Below are positions 1 through 9,435 of a stretch of 64,000 nucleotides of DNA, in pieces; position 1 is the stretch's first letter; the number at the start of each line of letters is the position of its first letter. The position numbers and the translations under genes are program-made. The stretch is from Acidimicrobiia bacterium. Its GTDB lineage: Bacteria > Actinomycetota > Acidimicrobiia > Spongiisociales > ZC4RG35. The stretch covers positions 1,888,001 through 1,952,000 of the forward strand of contig CBDBCY010000004.1 of assembly GCA_965203555.1 (NCBI GenBank), in the 5' to 3' direction. The notes under the pieces are model-generated. The model was not told the DNA's origin. It did not search any database and was given only the letters and a program-made list of their open reading frames with translations.

Positions 1-610
1 CGGAGGCCCACAGGCACAGGTCGAAGGCCTGGTGGTAGGACCCGTTCACCAGCGCCACCGTGGCGCCGAACGAAAGGAGTTGGGCAACCTTCGGCTGAGG
101 GGCGGTGGCAGGCACGAAAATCACGCTGGGGATCTCGGCCGCCGCGCAGAGGGCCGCCAAGGCCGCCCCGGCGTTGCCGGTGCTGGCGGCGGTGATGATC
201 CCCGCTCCTTTTTCCCTCGCCTTGAGAACCGCCATAGCAGAGGCCCGGTCCTTGAGGGAGGCGGTGGGCTGCCGCCCCTCGTCCTTCACCCACAACTGCA
301 CTTTCAAGCCTTCCCCCAGCACCTTGGCGGGTAGCAAGGGGGTGCCGCCCACCTGGAGTGGAGGGGGGTCCGCTTGGGGATGAACCGGTAATAGGCGCCG
401 GTAACGCCAGATCGAGGAGTCGGGATCACCGGCGATCTCTTCGGGACTGACCAGCCCAGCAAGATACTCATAGTCGTAGACCACCGACAGGGTTGCCGCT
501 CCTCCATGGTCAGGACATACGTAATCCACCTCTTCGGCGGGATAAAGCTTTCCACACAACAAGCAGGACAGCCCCAACACCGAACGAATCCGCCTCGCTG
601 CTCCTACCAC
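1..610 (-). CDS. thrC: Threonine synthase-like PLP enzyme (3' end outside window)
   Basis: Manual translation (not in ORF track): ...CLLCGKLYP...CPDHG...IWRYRRLLP...GGTPL...VKDEGRQPTASLKDRA (PLP lysine)...AASTGNAGAALAA; start GTG at 610 is tentative. Confidence 0.8.
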   Translation of the reverse strand, partial: MVGAARRIRSVLGLSCLLCGKLYPAEEVDYVCPDHGGAATLSVVYDYEYLAGLVSPEEIAGDPDSSIWRYRRLLPVHPQADPPPLQVGGTPLLPAKVLGEGLKVQLWVKDEGRQPTASLKDRASAMAVLKAREKGAGIITAASTGNAGAALAALCAAAEIPSVIFVPATAPQPKVAQLLSFGATVALVNGSYHQAFDLCLWAS

Positions 611-795
611 AGATCCAACAACTCCGTCAGGCCCAATGCTCGGTCGCGTCCTGATGGGATGCAGAACAACCCTTAATCATGTTGCTCCCGTTCTCGCGGA
701 GAAATCCCTGTCATGCCGGGGGTCTCATCCGATGTTATATGAGGGTGGAAACCTGGGAAACCACGCTTCGGGAAGGTCTGTAGACTGCGGTTCGG

Positions 796-872
796 CGGGA
801 CGTGGCGCAGTTTGGCAGCGCGCAGCGTTCGGGACGCTGAGGTCGCCGGTTCAAATCCGGCCGTCCCGACCA
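796..872 (+). tRNA. tRNA-Pro(CGG)
   Basis: Cloverleaf CGGGACG...CGTCCCG-ACCA; anticodon arm CAGCG-TTCGGGA-CGCTG; T arm GGTTCAAATCC. Confidence 0.97.
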
Positions 873-892
873 ATCGGCTTGGACATGGGCTT

Positions 893-2203
893 TTACGGCA
901 GTGGGGCCTCTCCATCGGTTTGAGCGTCCGTCCATACCGTCAACCGGGAAATCCGCAGGCGATCCATGGCGATCACCCGGAAATGGACCCCATTGACCGC
1001 CTCAGTCTCATCAGGCCGAGGTATCTTGCCGGCCAGGTAGAGGTAGAGCCCGGCAACCGTGTCGTAGGGACCGGTAGGAAGAGACCGCGGCACCAATTCG
1101 GCCAGTTCCTCCATCGGCAGCCTTCCCTCCACCACCCAGCGACCGGAACCTGTCGGGAAAGCCATCGGCCCGGCGGGGTCGTGCTCGTCCTGAATGCCTC
1201 CCACCAACTCGGACACCAGGTCCTTGGCGGTCACCACCCCTTCCACCCCGCCGTGCTCGTCAATCACCACCGCCAGGCTGATCCGGTTCCTTCGCATCAT
1301 CATCAGCGTCGACAGGATCGGGTAGCTCTCCGGCACTACCAGCGGGTCGCGAATGAGCTTTCCGGGGGCCACCGTCTCCGAGGCGGCCGGGTCCTCGTGA
1401 CGAAGCCAATCCTTCACATACAGAACCCCGACCAGGTCATCAAGGTTCCCACCTGATCGCACCACCGGATATCGCGAGTGACTGGTTTGGGCAACCGCCT
1501 TGCGGACCTGCTCGAAGTCGACCGGAGCCTCCAGGGAAATGACCTCCAGGCGGGGCGTCATCAACTCCCGCACCGGCCGGTCGGCCAACTCGAACAGCCT
1601 CTCGATGATCTCCTGCTCCGCCACATCGATCTCGCCCGCCTCCACGCTCAGTTCGGCCAGGGCTACTATGTCCTCCTCGGTGGCAGGGCTGTGTTGCTCT
1701 GAGCGGACTCCCGCCAATGCCAGCAATATCCTGCTCACCGCCGAGAAGACTCTGGCGATGGGATCGAGCCCCCGGGAGATCACCCACAGGATGGGCGCCA
1801 CGCTCCAGGCGTACTTCTCCGGGTGGCGGGCGGCGATGGTTTTGGGAGTGATCTCGCCCACCACCAGGATGACCGAGGTCAGCACTGCGGTGGCCAGCCA
1901 GGGTCCCCACCGATCTGCGGCGTCGGTGTCGCTTACAGCGGTTATCAGATCCACCGCCAGGATGGTGGCCAACGAGGCTGCCAGGATGTTCACGAAATTG
2001 TTGGCCACCAGCAACATGGCGAGAGTCCTTTCCAATCGCTGCACCAGCAGCACGAACTTTTCCCCCCTCCTGCCTTCCCGCGCCAACTGGGGGCCCCTCT
2101 CGCGGGGCAGAGCCAAAAGCGCAGTCTCAGAACCGGAAAAGAATCCCGAGGCAACGATGCACAGGCAAATCCCCACCATCGCTGCGATCTGGAAGGAGGT
2201 CAC
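893..2203 (-). CDS. Hemolysin-family/CNNM protein (DUF21 + CBS pair + CorC domain)
   Basis: FFSGSETAL, GEITPKT, SHSRYPV, VIDEHGGVEGVVT, YDTVAG motifs; GTG start overlaps upstream stop (GTGA). Confidence 0.88.
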   Translation of the reverse strand: MTSFQIAAMVGICLCIVASGFFSGSETALLALPRERGPQLAREGRRGEKFVLLVQRLERTLAMLLVANNFVNILAASLATILAVDLITAVSDTDAADRWGPWLATAVLTSVILVVGEITPKTIAARHPEKYAWSVAPILWVISRGLDPIARVFSAVSRILLALAGVRSEQHSPATEEDIVALAELSVEAGEIDVAEQEIIERLFELADRPVRELMTPRLEVISLEAPVDFEQVRKAVAQTSHSRYPVVRSGGNLDDLVGVLYVKDWLRHEDPAASETVAPGKLIRDPLVVPESYPILSTLMMMRRNRISLAVVIDEHGGVEGVVTAKDLVSELVGGIQDEHDPAGPMAFPTGSGRWVVEGRLPMEELAELVPRSLPTGPYDTVAGLYLYLAGKIPRPDETEAVNGVHFRVIAMDRLRISRLTVWTDAQTDGEAPLP

Positions 2204-2604
2204 GACTGTGGTTCGGACCCCACCTGGGAAAGAACAGGCGCACTCACCTCGTCCAGGACCGTTCGAAGCTGGAAAGCGGTGAAGGGCTTCAGCACCCATC
2301 CGGCAGCGCCCGCCCGGCGAGCCAGGAAGGCGTCGGCTGGGCGGTCCAACAGGAGTATGACCGGCAAGGGTGGGGAGGACAGTTCGGCTCTGGCCTCCCG
2401 GATCGCCCTGCAAATGGCCATACCGCCCATGCTTCCCACCTGCATGTCCACCACGGCCACCGACTCCGGCTCACCGGTGCCTATCCGCTCGATCCCCTGG
2501 TGAGGATCATCGATTACGGTTATCTCATAACGGGTATCATCGGTGGCCGACAACACGTCGTTGCGAACCCAGGGAGCCTCGGCAACGAGAAATATGCTGG
2601 TCAC
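2200..2604 (-). CDS. Single-domain response regulator (atypical receiver)
   Basis: VAVVDMQVGSMGGMAICRAI...PVILLLD...GAAGWVLKPF receiver pattern; start GTG at 2604 inferred. Confidence 0.8.
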   Translation of the reverse strand: MTSIFLVAEAPWVRNDVLSATDDTRYEITVIDDPHQGIERIGTGEPESVAVVDMQVGSMGGMAICRAIREARAELSSPPLPVILLLDRPADAFLARRAGAAGWVLKPFTAFQLRTVLDEVSAPVLSQVGSEPQS

Positions 2605-2676
2605 TTCAAACAACAAGGGTACCGGTTTCAAGCTGCCACCGTTTCCGCCAAATCGGTCGGATTGAGGATCCTGAAC

Positions 2677-4002
2677 GTGAACAACGGCGCCCGGGCGCAG
2701 AGCATCCGGCTTCTGCTCGGAATAACGGCGGCCATCTGGGCCTTTCTCATCCCCCTCAACCCGGCGATGGCCAAGGCCCCGCCCAACACCATCGAATTGG
2801 TGGCCGTGGAAGGCGCGGTCCACGATGCCACGGTCCGGTTCGTGCTCGACGCCATTGAGGATGCCGCCCGAACCTGGCGGCCAGGATACGTAGGTCTGGA
2901 AAGAGTGGAACTTGTGATTCTGATGGTCGACTCTCCGGGGGTGGTGGCAGATCCCGAACTCTTCGCCGAACTGGTGGAGGTGGTCCGCAGTCCCCCCCTA
3001 CCGCTGGGGGTATGGGTCGGACCGGCGCCGGCGGTGGCCTACGGAGGCATGGCGCAAATGGTTTCTCTGGCGCCAATCAGAGCCGCCGCCCCGGGAGCGG
3101 AACTCGGTCACTGGCGCCCCACTGTGGTAGGTGAAAAGGATGGATCGCTTGCCCTCGAGGGGGCGTACTCCACCGAATCCGGGGTGGTGGAGGTGAACGG
3201 TCCGGTTTCCGGGCTGATCGATCTCGCATCGCCGGATACGGCATCTCCTCGACAACTCCTCCAACTCCTGGACGGGACCGCCTTCGAACTGGAAGGAAGG
3301 ACAATCACCCTGGCCACCACCCGACCCTATATCTCCGACCAGGGAACGGAGGGCGTTACGGTCCTTGAGACCGTGCTTCGCCGCCCGGGACTGTGGACGC
3401 AGCTGGTTGGATTGTCCACCCGCCCCGAGGTTGCTTTCTTTTTCCTCATGGCCGGCCTGACCATCGCGGTATTCGAGTTTTACGCGGTGGGTCCCGCGGT
3501 AGCGGCGGCGGTGGCTGCCATCTCACTGGGTCTGGGGGCCTACGGTCCCGCCGCCCTCCCAATGCGATGGTGGGCACTGGCGTTGATGCTGGCCGGGGTG
3601 GGCCTGCTTGCCTCCTCATATCAACGTGGTGGAGTGCTGTTCCTTTCATCCACCGGCATGGCCGCCGTCGCCGTCTCCGGCCTCTATCTCTTCGACGGCG
3701 GTCCCCAGATCACCTTGGGCTGGGCAGGGTGGGCACTGACCGTGGCAGCGGTGGCTTTTTTCTTCCTGATGGCCATGCCCACAGTGGCGAGGGTGCGGTT
3801 CAGTTCACCCTCCCTGGGAAGAGAGGAACTGGTGGGAGAGGTGGGGCAAGCCGTCACGGAACTCGATCCCGACGGGGTGGTGGAAGTCGCCGGGGGAAGG
3901 TGGAAGGCCACTTCTCACCGGGCCGCCACCTTACGGGCGGGAGACCCCGTCAGGGTTGCCGCGGTGGATGGGGACACATTGGAAGTGGCCCCCTTCGACT
4001 GA
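2677..4002 (+). CDS. NfeD-family membrane protein (ClpP-like domain, TM region, C-terminal OB fold)
   Basis: ILMVDSPG, PLGVWVGP, multi-TM region, C-terminal ELVGEVGQAVTELDPDGVVEVAGGRWKA. Confidence 0.82.
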   Translation: MNNGARAQSIRLLLGITAAIWAFLIPLNPAMAKAPPNTIELVAVEGAVHDATVRFVLDAIEDAARTWRPGYVGLERVELVILMVDSPGVVADPELFAELVEVVRSPPLPLGVWVGPAPAVAYGGMAQMVSLAPIRAAAPGAELGHWRPTVVGEKDGSLALEGAYSTESGVVEVNGPVSGLIDLASPDTASPRQLLQLLDGTAFELEGRTITLATTRPYISDQGTEGVTVLETVLRRPGLWTQLVGLSTRPEVAFFFLMAGLTIAVFEFYAVGPAVAAAVAAISLGLGAYGPAALPMRWWALALMLAGVGLLASSYQRGGVLFLSSTGMAAVAVSGLYLFDGGPQITLGWAGWALTVAAVAFFFLMAMPTVARVRFSSPSLGREELVGEVGQAVTELDPDGVVEVAGGRWKATSHRAATLRAGDPVRVAAVDGDTLEVAPFD

Positions 4003-4020
4003 GAATCCGAGAAGTTTTTC

Positions 4021-4049
4021 TTGACAACCCCGCTCGAGCGCTCTAGCTT
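4021..4049 (+). promoter_or_regulatory. Housekeeping sigma promoter upstream of whiB
   Basis: TTGACA (4021-4026) - 17 bp - TAGCTT (4044-4049). Confidence 0.7.
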
Positions 4050-4082
4050 TTACTGCAACTCTGAAGCGGACGGAGGTGGCCC

Positions 4083-4343
4083 ATGGTCGGCATGAATACA
4101 AATTGGCAACGTCAGGCTCTTTGCAAGGGGGTCAGATCAAGCCTTTTCTTTCCACCAAGCACCTCCGAGAAAAAAGACGAAAAGGAGCGGCGCGAAAGCC
4201 GGGCAAAAGCGATCTGCGGCCGATGTCGGGTAATTGCGCCCTGCCAGGAATATGCACTGACCCTCAGGGAGCCCTACGGCATCTGGGGCGGAATGAACGA
4301 GTCCGAACGCAACCTCAGGCTGGCGCGGGCCGCCGCCAGTTGA
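4083..4343 (+). CDS. whiB: WhiB-family Fe-S transcriptional regulator
   Basis: WQRQALC...FF...AKAICGRC...C...EPYGIWGG..E.ER; four Cys and the G-x-W-G-G turn. Confidence 0.93.
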   Translation: MVGMNTNWQRQALCKGVRSSLFFPPSTSEKKDEKERRESRAKAICGRCRVIAPCQEYALTLREPYGIWGGMNESERNLRLARAAAS

Positions 4344-4651
4344 GTGACCGCAAGCCGGCAACTCCAAGGAGGAACCGGGAAGATTGGAGGGCGAGAGTCG
4401 CGGATGCCCGCCGCCAGGCCGAGACTCGTCGGCAGAGCCAAACGCGACTACAGGCCGCCAGGAGCGCAGTCTCGGAGCGTCCGCGGTGGCGTGAACAGAC
4501 CAAGACCGGTGTGTCCGTGTTCCAAGATTCACTGGCGGCCCGGAGAAAACGGGGAGGGAGTTCTCAACTCTGGGAGTTCTCGGAGATGGTCGTGGATGTA
4601 TCTCTGGAAGCATTTTTCAGCCTCATCCTCAGCATGGTAGAAGACGGGTGA
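4340..4651 (+). CDS. Hypothetical Arg-rich protein, possibly coupled to whiB
   Basis: TTG start overlaps whiB TGA (TTGA); 103 open codons; no recognisable family. Confidence 0.4.
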   Translation: MSDRKPATPRRNREDWRARVADARRQAETRRQSQTRLQAARSAVSERPRWREQTKTGVSVFQDSLAARRKRGGSSQLWEFSEMVVDVSLEAFFSLILSMVEDG

Positions 4652-4783
4652 ACTGCTAAGTCCACTCCAAACTGCGACATGTGACCAAGAGCTGATCACC
4701 GAGAGTTGATTTGATCTCCGCGAAATCCTCACGAACACGCAGTACCATCAGCCATCCGGAAACCCGATCCCCAAGGAGATCTT

Positions 4784-5191
4784 ATGCTTACTTTCAGCAA
4801 TCTGAACTGGTTAGCGATACTGGTGGCCGCCGTAGCCTTTTTCGCGGTGGGGGCGGTCTGGTACCAACGCAAGGTAATGGGCGCCCGGTGGATGAAGGCG
4901 GCCAAGGTAGAGCCCGCGGCCGCGGGGCCGAGTCCCTGGATCTTCGTCGGGACGTTGGTTTCCTACTTCCTCATGGCCATGGTCCTGGCGATGATTGCCC
5001 AGGGAGTCGGTGCGTCCTCCTTCGCTGACGGGTTGGTGTTGGGTATTTGCACCGGCGTGGTGTTCGTGGGCGCCCAGGCGTGGGTCAACGCCAGTTACGA
5101 GGGCCGTTCCATGAGCCTGGTGGTGGTGAACGGGGGAGTCGGCGTAATCGGGCATGTGGTCATGGCAGTCATTGTCACGGTCTGGACTTAG
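4784..5191 (+). CDS. DUF1761-like four-TM membrane protein
   Basis: NWLAILVAAVAFFAVGAVWY...MGARW pattern; RBS AAGGAG upstream. Confidence 0.8.
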   Translation: MLTFSNLNWLAILVAAVAFFAVGAVWYQRKVMGARWMKAAKVEPAAAGPSPWIFVGTLVSYFLMAMVLAMIAQGVGASSFADGLVLGICTGVVFVGAQAWVNASYEGRSMSLVVVNGGVGVIGHVVMAVIVTVWT

Positions 5192-5223
5192 AGGGTGCGC
5201 GGGTAGGTTAGTGGGTGGGGGTG
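5187..5223 (-). mobile_element. Isolated inverted copy of the IS5-family right end
   Basis: 37 bp exact reverse complement of 8103-8139. Confidence 0.85.
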
Positions 5224-5388
5224 CTCGCCGCCCGCCGAGCGTCATATGTGCCTTCACATGCCTAAGCCAAGTCTCATGCCGGTATCATAGGTAAATGCAA
5301 AAGTCAGTTTCGCAGGTTTCACACCGGCTGGTTGGGCCCAGAACCTACACCATCGTCACCCTGCCCCACCCCTCACCCTGACAGCACT

Positions 5389-6636
5389 ATGGCTCAATTA
5401 CGGTTGCGTCCGCTCGGTGTTGGCGAGATCGTAGGCGCCACTGTCACTGTCTGCCTGCGCCGTTTCGGTCCGATGTTTGCCATCGCGTTGGTGCTCGCGG
5501 GCATTCCGTTCCTTGTCAGCCTGGTTGGGGGCTGCAGTCTTGACGCGGACGATTCGACCACATGTTCGTCTCCCATCGGCTGGCTCGGGTACTTCGCAGG
5601 CGGGATCGGTGCGACCGTGGCTGCCACGGCTTGCTCCCTGGTGGCGGCCGGAGCCTATGCGGATGTCCCGTCGAACTGGTGGAGAGCCACGAGGACCGGA
5701 GTACGCAGAACTATCGCGATCGTCTTGGCGGCGATCGTGGTTGGTGTGCCGATGGGCATCGGCATCGTGTTTGTCATCCCGGGGTTCTTATTGGACAGTT
5801 CGTGGCTGACCGTCATCGGGTTCGCGGTCTTTGTTGTCCTCGCCGTTTTCGTAGCTGTGTCGTTCGCGGTGGCCTGGGAGGCACTTATCATCGAAGGCAT
5901 CCGTCCGATGGAGGGCATCAAACGGTCGTGGCGTCTGGTGGCGGGCGAACGCTGGAGGGTGTTCGGTGCCGGTCTGCTCCTATCGATCATGGGAGCCATC
6001 GTCTTCGGGATTGTCTGGGTGGTTATCCTGTACGTCCTCTCACCCGCCCTGGGAGTGGGCGATGGTGTGGCCGGTTACCTCGGTGAGCAGGTATCCGCCC
6101 TGCTGACAATCCCGCTGGGCGCCTCGGCGCTCACCGTCATCTATCTCGATCTGCGGGTCCGCAAGGAGTCTCTCACCACCGACGAACTCGCCGCCGCTCT
6201 GTCGGAACAGGGCTATCGGTGGGAGAACCGCAGTGACGCATCAGGGCCAGTCGACGCCGCGACCACCGACCCAGGGCGGGGACCGCAAAAGCGGCGGATG
6301 AGAGGGACCACGGCTGTCACGCTGGCTTTCTGTGCCGTCCTCCTGACTATCGTCTGGATATCCAGACCCTCACCACGGACCACCGTGCTTGTCCCGTACG
6401 ACACCGATAACCAGGAAATCATCAACGAGGCGGCCGGGCTAACGGTGTTGTTCTGCATGACAACCGAACAAGGCATCTTCGCGCCTGACGAGCTGATGGA
6501 GTCCATCTTGGCCGAACTACCCGCCACCGCTGCCGAAAAGGGGTGGGATTCGGATGACATCGACCAGGTGATAGCAGGCATGGTCTATCACGCATTAGGA
6601 GACTGTGAAGAGCGCATGCTGCGCGCTCTCCCCTGA
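5389..6636 (+). CDS. Integral membrane protein with C-terminal extension
   Basis: LRLRPLGVGEI...IKRSWRLVAGERWRVFG...YLDLRVRKE actinobacterial membrane-protein pattern; extra TM and small domain afterwards. Confidence 0.7.
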   Translation: MAQLRLRPLGVGEIVGATVTVCLRRFGPMFAIALVLAGIPFLVSLVGGCSLDADDSTTCSSPIGWLGYFAGGIGATVAATACSLVAAGAYADVPSNWWRATRTGVRRTIAIVLAAIVVGVPMGIGIVFVIPGFLLDSSWLTVIGFAVFVVLAVFVAVSFAVAWEALIIEGIRPMEGIKRSWRLVAGERWRVFGAGLLLSIMGAIVFGIVWVVILYVLSPALGVGDGVAGYLGEQVSALLTIPLGASALTVIYLDLRVRKESLTTDELAAALSEQGYRWENRSDASGPVDAATTDPGRGPQKRRMRGTTAVTLAFCAVLLTIVWISRPSPRTTVLVPYDTDNQEIINEAAGLTVLFCMTTEQGIFAPDELMESILAELPATAAEKGWDSDDIDQVIAGMVYHALGDCEERMLRALP

Positions 6637-6639
6637 TCA

Positions 6640-7070
6640 CGGTGGGGTTCGCTTCGGCGGAGCATCGGCTTCCGGTGCGGAGGAGACCATGGCGGTTAGG
6701 TTCCGGCTGGGTTTCCCGGCGTGGAGGAGCCCCCGAATTCGCTGGTCCGCGAAGGTGGTTGGCCAGTCATGTGGTGCCAACCGGGTGGTAACGAAGTCGG
6801 TCCCGGCCGGGTCCGACGTGGTGGTCGTCCGAGCAGACACTGCTGCCCGCCGGACAGTCCCCGTGCCGCAAGGCTGCGCCATAAGCCCGGCCAAGCGGCC
6901 CCGCCTCGCCCGTAGCGGCATCAACACCGATCATTTGTCGGCGCCGGTCGTTGTTCACTCCGCTCCGACGGCTAGGAGCAGCGCCACGTTCACGACCCGG
7001 CCCCCCTCGCGGTAGACCACCGAAGCGCCGATGCGGCGGCATCCGTGGCGTCCCATCCAGCCAACCAACT
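6640..7070 (-). pseudogene. IS256-family transposase fragment, frameshifted
   Basis: Adjacent frames give YREGGRVVNVALLLAVG / GVNNDRRRQMIGVDAATGE / VCSDDH, matching the IS256 DDE core; boundaries approximate. Confidence 0.65.
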
Positions 7071-7279
7071 GGTGGAACCCAAGGATGTCTTTTCCATGAA
7101 ACAATGATTCACTTGGGACTCGGGTTGGGTTGTTGGGCGGTAGGGTCGTTCAGGCGTCCGATGAACAGGATGGTTATGTCCGGGAGGGCCTCGTCTCTCC
7201 TAAAGTCGAACATACCGAGTTGTTTCCGTTTTGATACGGAGTTGTGATTACAACCCCCAACTGGTGGAGGACTCCAATT

Positions 7280-8118
7280 ATGCGTGCGCTTGATCCTGAA
7301 GTGGTGGATGCGGTATGGGAAGCTGTGAAAGGCCGTCTGCCGGAGCGGGAGGACAACCATCCGCTGGGATGCCACAACCCTCGCATCGCGGACCGGGTGT
7401 GTTTTGAAGGGATCCTGATCCGGTGGTGACCGGTTGTTCCTGGGTGACTGTCGAACGGATCATGAGCGGTCGGGTGTCGGACACCACTTTGCGGGGACGC
7501 CGTGACGAATGGATCGCCCATGGGGTGTTCGATGAGCTGGTCCAGGAAGCAATCGAGGCTTATGACCGGATCGTGGGATTGGATCTGAGCGAGACCGCCA
7601 TAGATGGTTCCCAGCACAAGCACCCTGCGGCGGTCGGGGTACCGGAAGAAACCCTACTGACCGGGGAAAACTGGGCTGGAAATGGTCTCTTTGACCGACC
7701 GGCATGGGATACCAATCAGCTGGGCGGTCGATGGCGCCAACCGTCACGACACCGTGCTGTTCGAACCCACTTTGGCCGCTGCCGCCCACCATGGGCTGAT
7801 CTTCGACATCGGGACCCTGCATCTGGACCGGGGATACGACACCCGCCGGGTCAGAGAATGCGCCCAAGCATATGGAATAGACGACCTCAACTGTGCAAGG
7901 AAACGCCGCCCCGGAACCGCACACGGCAAAAGCATGTCCCACGGGGACAACGATGGCCGATAGAAAGAACCAACTCCTGGTTGTCCAACTACGGACAACT
8001 CCGCCGCAACACCGACCGATCCCCCCACCACCGCCTAGCCCCATTCGCTCTGGCCATCACCCTGCTCATCGCCGCCAAACTCATCGACTGGAGAAACCGA
8101 TACACCCCCACCCACTAA
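7280..8118 (+). pseudogene. IS5-family transposase pseudogene (about 4 frameshifts)
   Basis: HPLGCHNPRIADR, TGCSW, AIDGSQHK, TDRGKLGWKWS, GANRHD, LHLDRGYD, RWPIERTNSW spread over shifted frames (near 7425, 7622, 7692, 7930). Confidence 0.88.
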
Positions 8119-8305
8119 CCTACCCGCGCACCCTCTAAGGACCGCCCCTCCCTGTATAACCGGCTTTCGCCGAAACCGGTAGTTGGCTCGGTTACCTGGT
8201 AAGGAAGATTTAGAAGGAGGGGAACTCCACCGGTGTCAGTGATGTTGACCAGGCTTTTGGGAACAGACCCGGTTCAAAGTGCTTGAGGGCGGCATTCGGG
8301 ACTTC

Positions 8306-8323
8306 CCTACCCGCGCATCCTCT
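8306..8323 (+). mobile_element. Third copy of the IS5 terminal sequence
   Basis: CCTACCCGCGCATCCTCT matches 8119-8136 at 17/18, followed by TA. Confidence 0.6.
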
Positions 8324-8404
8324 TATAACTACTTCTTCACTTGTTGGTCACGGCGCCGATCCGATACGCCCAGGCAAGCCAAATACCGGAATCAGGAGAC
8401 CCAG

Positions 8405-8971
8405 CTAGGAGCCAACTTCGCTTAGAGTCTCTGCAACCGCCCATCCGTCCGAGTCCTCGATGACACGGTATGTGACCTTGGTAAGGCAAAGACCACCGCA
8501 CCAGGCTTCGACGCTAACCGTTGCTCCATCCCTATCGAACTCCGCATGATCCAGCGTAACGATAACACTGCCGGGTATAGCTAGGTTTCCCCCCGCCCCA
8601 TTATCCTGTACGAACCGTGCCCGGCTGTCGATGAACCTGAACGGCGGTGCGATTTCTTTAATTGCGGTGGAAATCTCGGATTTCATGTCCTCGGTTAATT
8701 GATCTACCGGATCCGAATGGGCCCCGTAATTGCATGTCCACTCGGCGCCATTGTGAGAGCATGTCCGGGGGAAGTGATCGACGATCAGTATTTCGCTGCG
8801 GCCGGTTAGGCGACCGAGTGGAAACCCTCCGAATTCAACAAGTTGGCGCACCGCAGCGGCATAGATCCCTTTCTCCGCGTCAATACGTTCCTCTTCCGTC
8901 AGCGAACCCCTCCCAAACGCCGACGCGAGAAAGACGCCGACCAACACGACGCCGACCACCCAAAACGCCAT
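8405..8971 (-). CDS. Hypothetical exported/membrane-anchored protein
   Basis: Hydrophobic N-terminus, WCGGLC motif near C-terminus; start could be further upstream (to 9064). Confidence 0.55.
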   Translation of the reverse strand: MAFWVVGVVLVGVFLASAFGRGSLTEEERIDAEKGIYAAAVRQLVEFGGFPLGRLTGRSEILIVDHFPRTCSHNGAEWTCNYGAHSDPVDQLTEDMKSEISTAIKEIAPPFRFIDSRARFVQDNGAGGNLAIPGSVIVTLDHAEFDRDGATVSVEAWCGGLCLTKVTYRVIEDSDGWAVAETLSEVGS

Positions 8972-9244
8972 GACCGTACCGGACCTGTCGGAAGCAACTC
9001 GCCAAGTCGCCCACGACCCCATCGGGTTCAAGTTTAGATCAAACGAGACGATCTTCTGCCCCAAAAACTAACCGTCCAGGAGGCTGCTGAATGCCCCGTG
9101 TTCATCTCGGAGCGATTCCCCGATTCACCCACGCCCTTAACCCGTGAACAACCCCCCGAGAATACAAAACAGGGAGCCCTTCAAACGGATCCACCCCCCA
9201 CAACCAGCAAAACGCCCAGACCAGCGTCAATAATCGGCAGTCCG

Positions 9245-9433
9245 CTAGCCGCAGCAGGTGTCCATGGTCTGATCGGACCAGGGGTGATCGGACTCGGCTG
9301 TCTCGCCTTCCGGCTGGCCGTTGCGTCCCCCGCACTTGGAGCACGCCCACACCGTAGGCATCCTGGCGCCCGGAGGCACCAGCGACCGATATTGATGGTC
9401 GCAATCCGGACATCTGATCTGCAACACCGGCAT
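9245..9433 (-). CDS. Small zinc-ribbon protein (FmdB-like), last gene of CoM biosynthesis operon
   Basis: MP...CPDC...CSKC and C-terminal TCCG; ATG 2 bp after upstream stop, with GAGG RBS. Confidence 0.7.
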   Translation of the reverse strand: MPVLQIRCPDCDHQYRSLVPPGARMPTVWACSKCGGRNGQPEGETAESDHPWSDQTMDTCCG

Positions 9434-9435
9434 GG

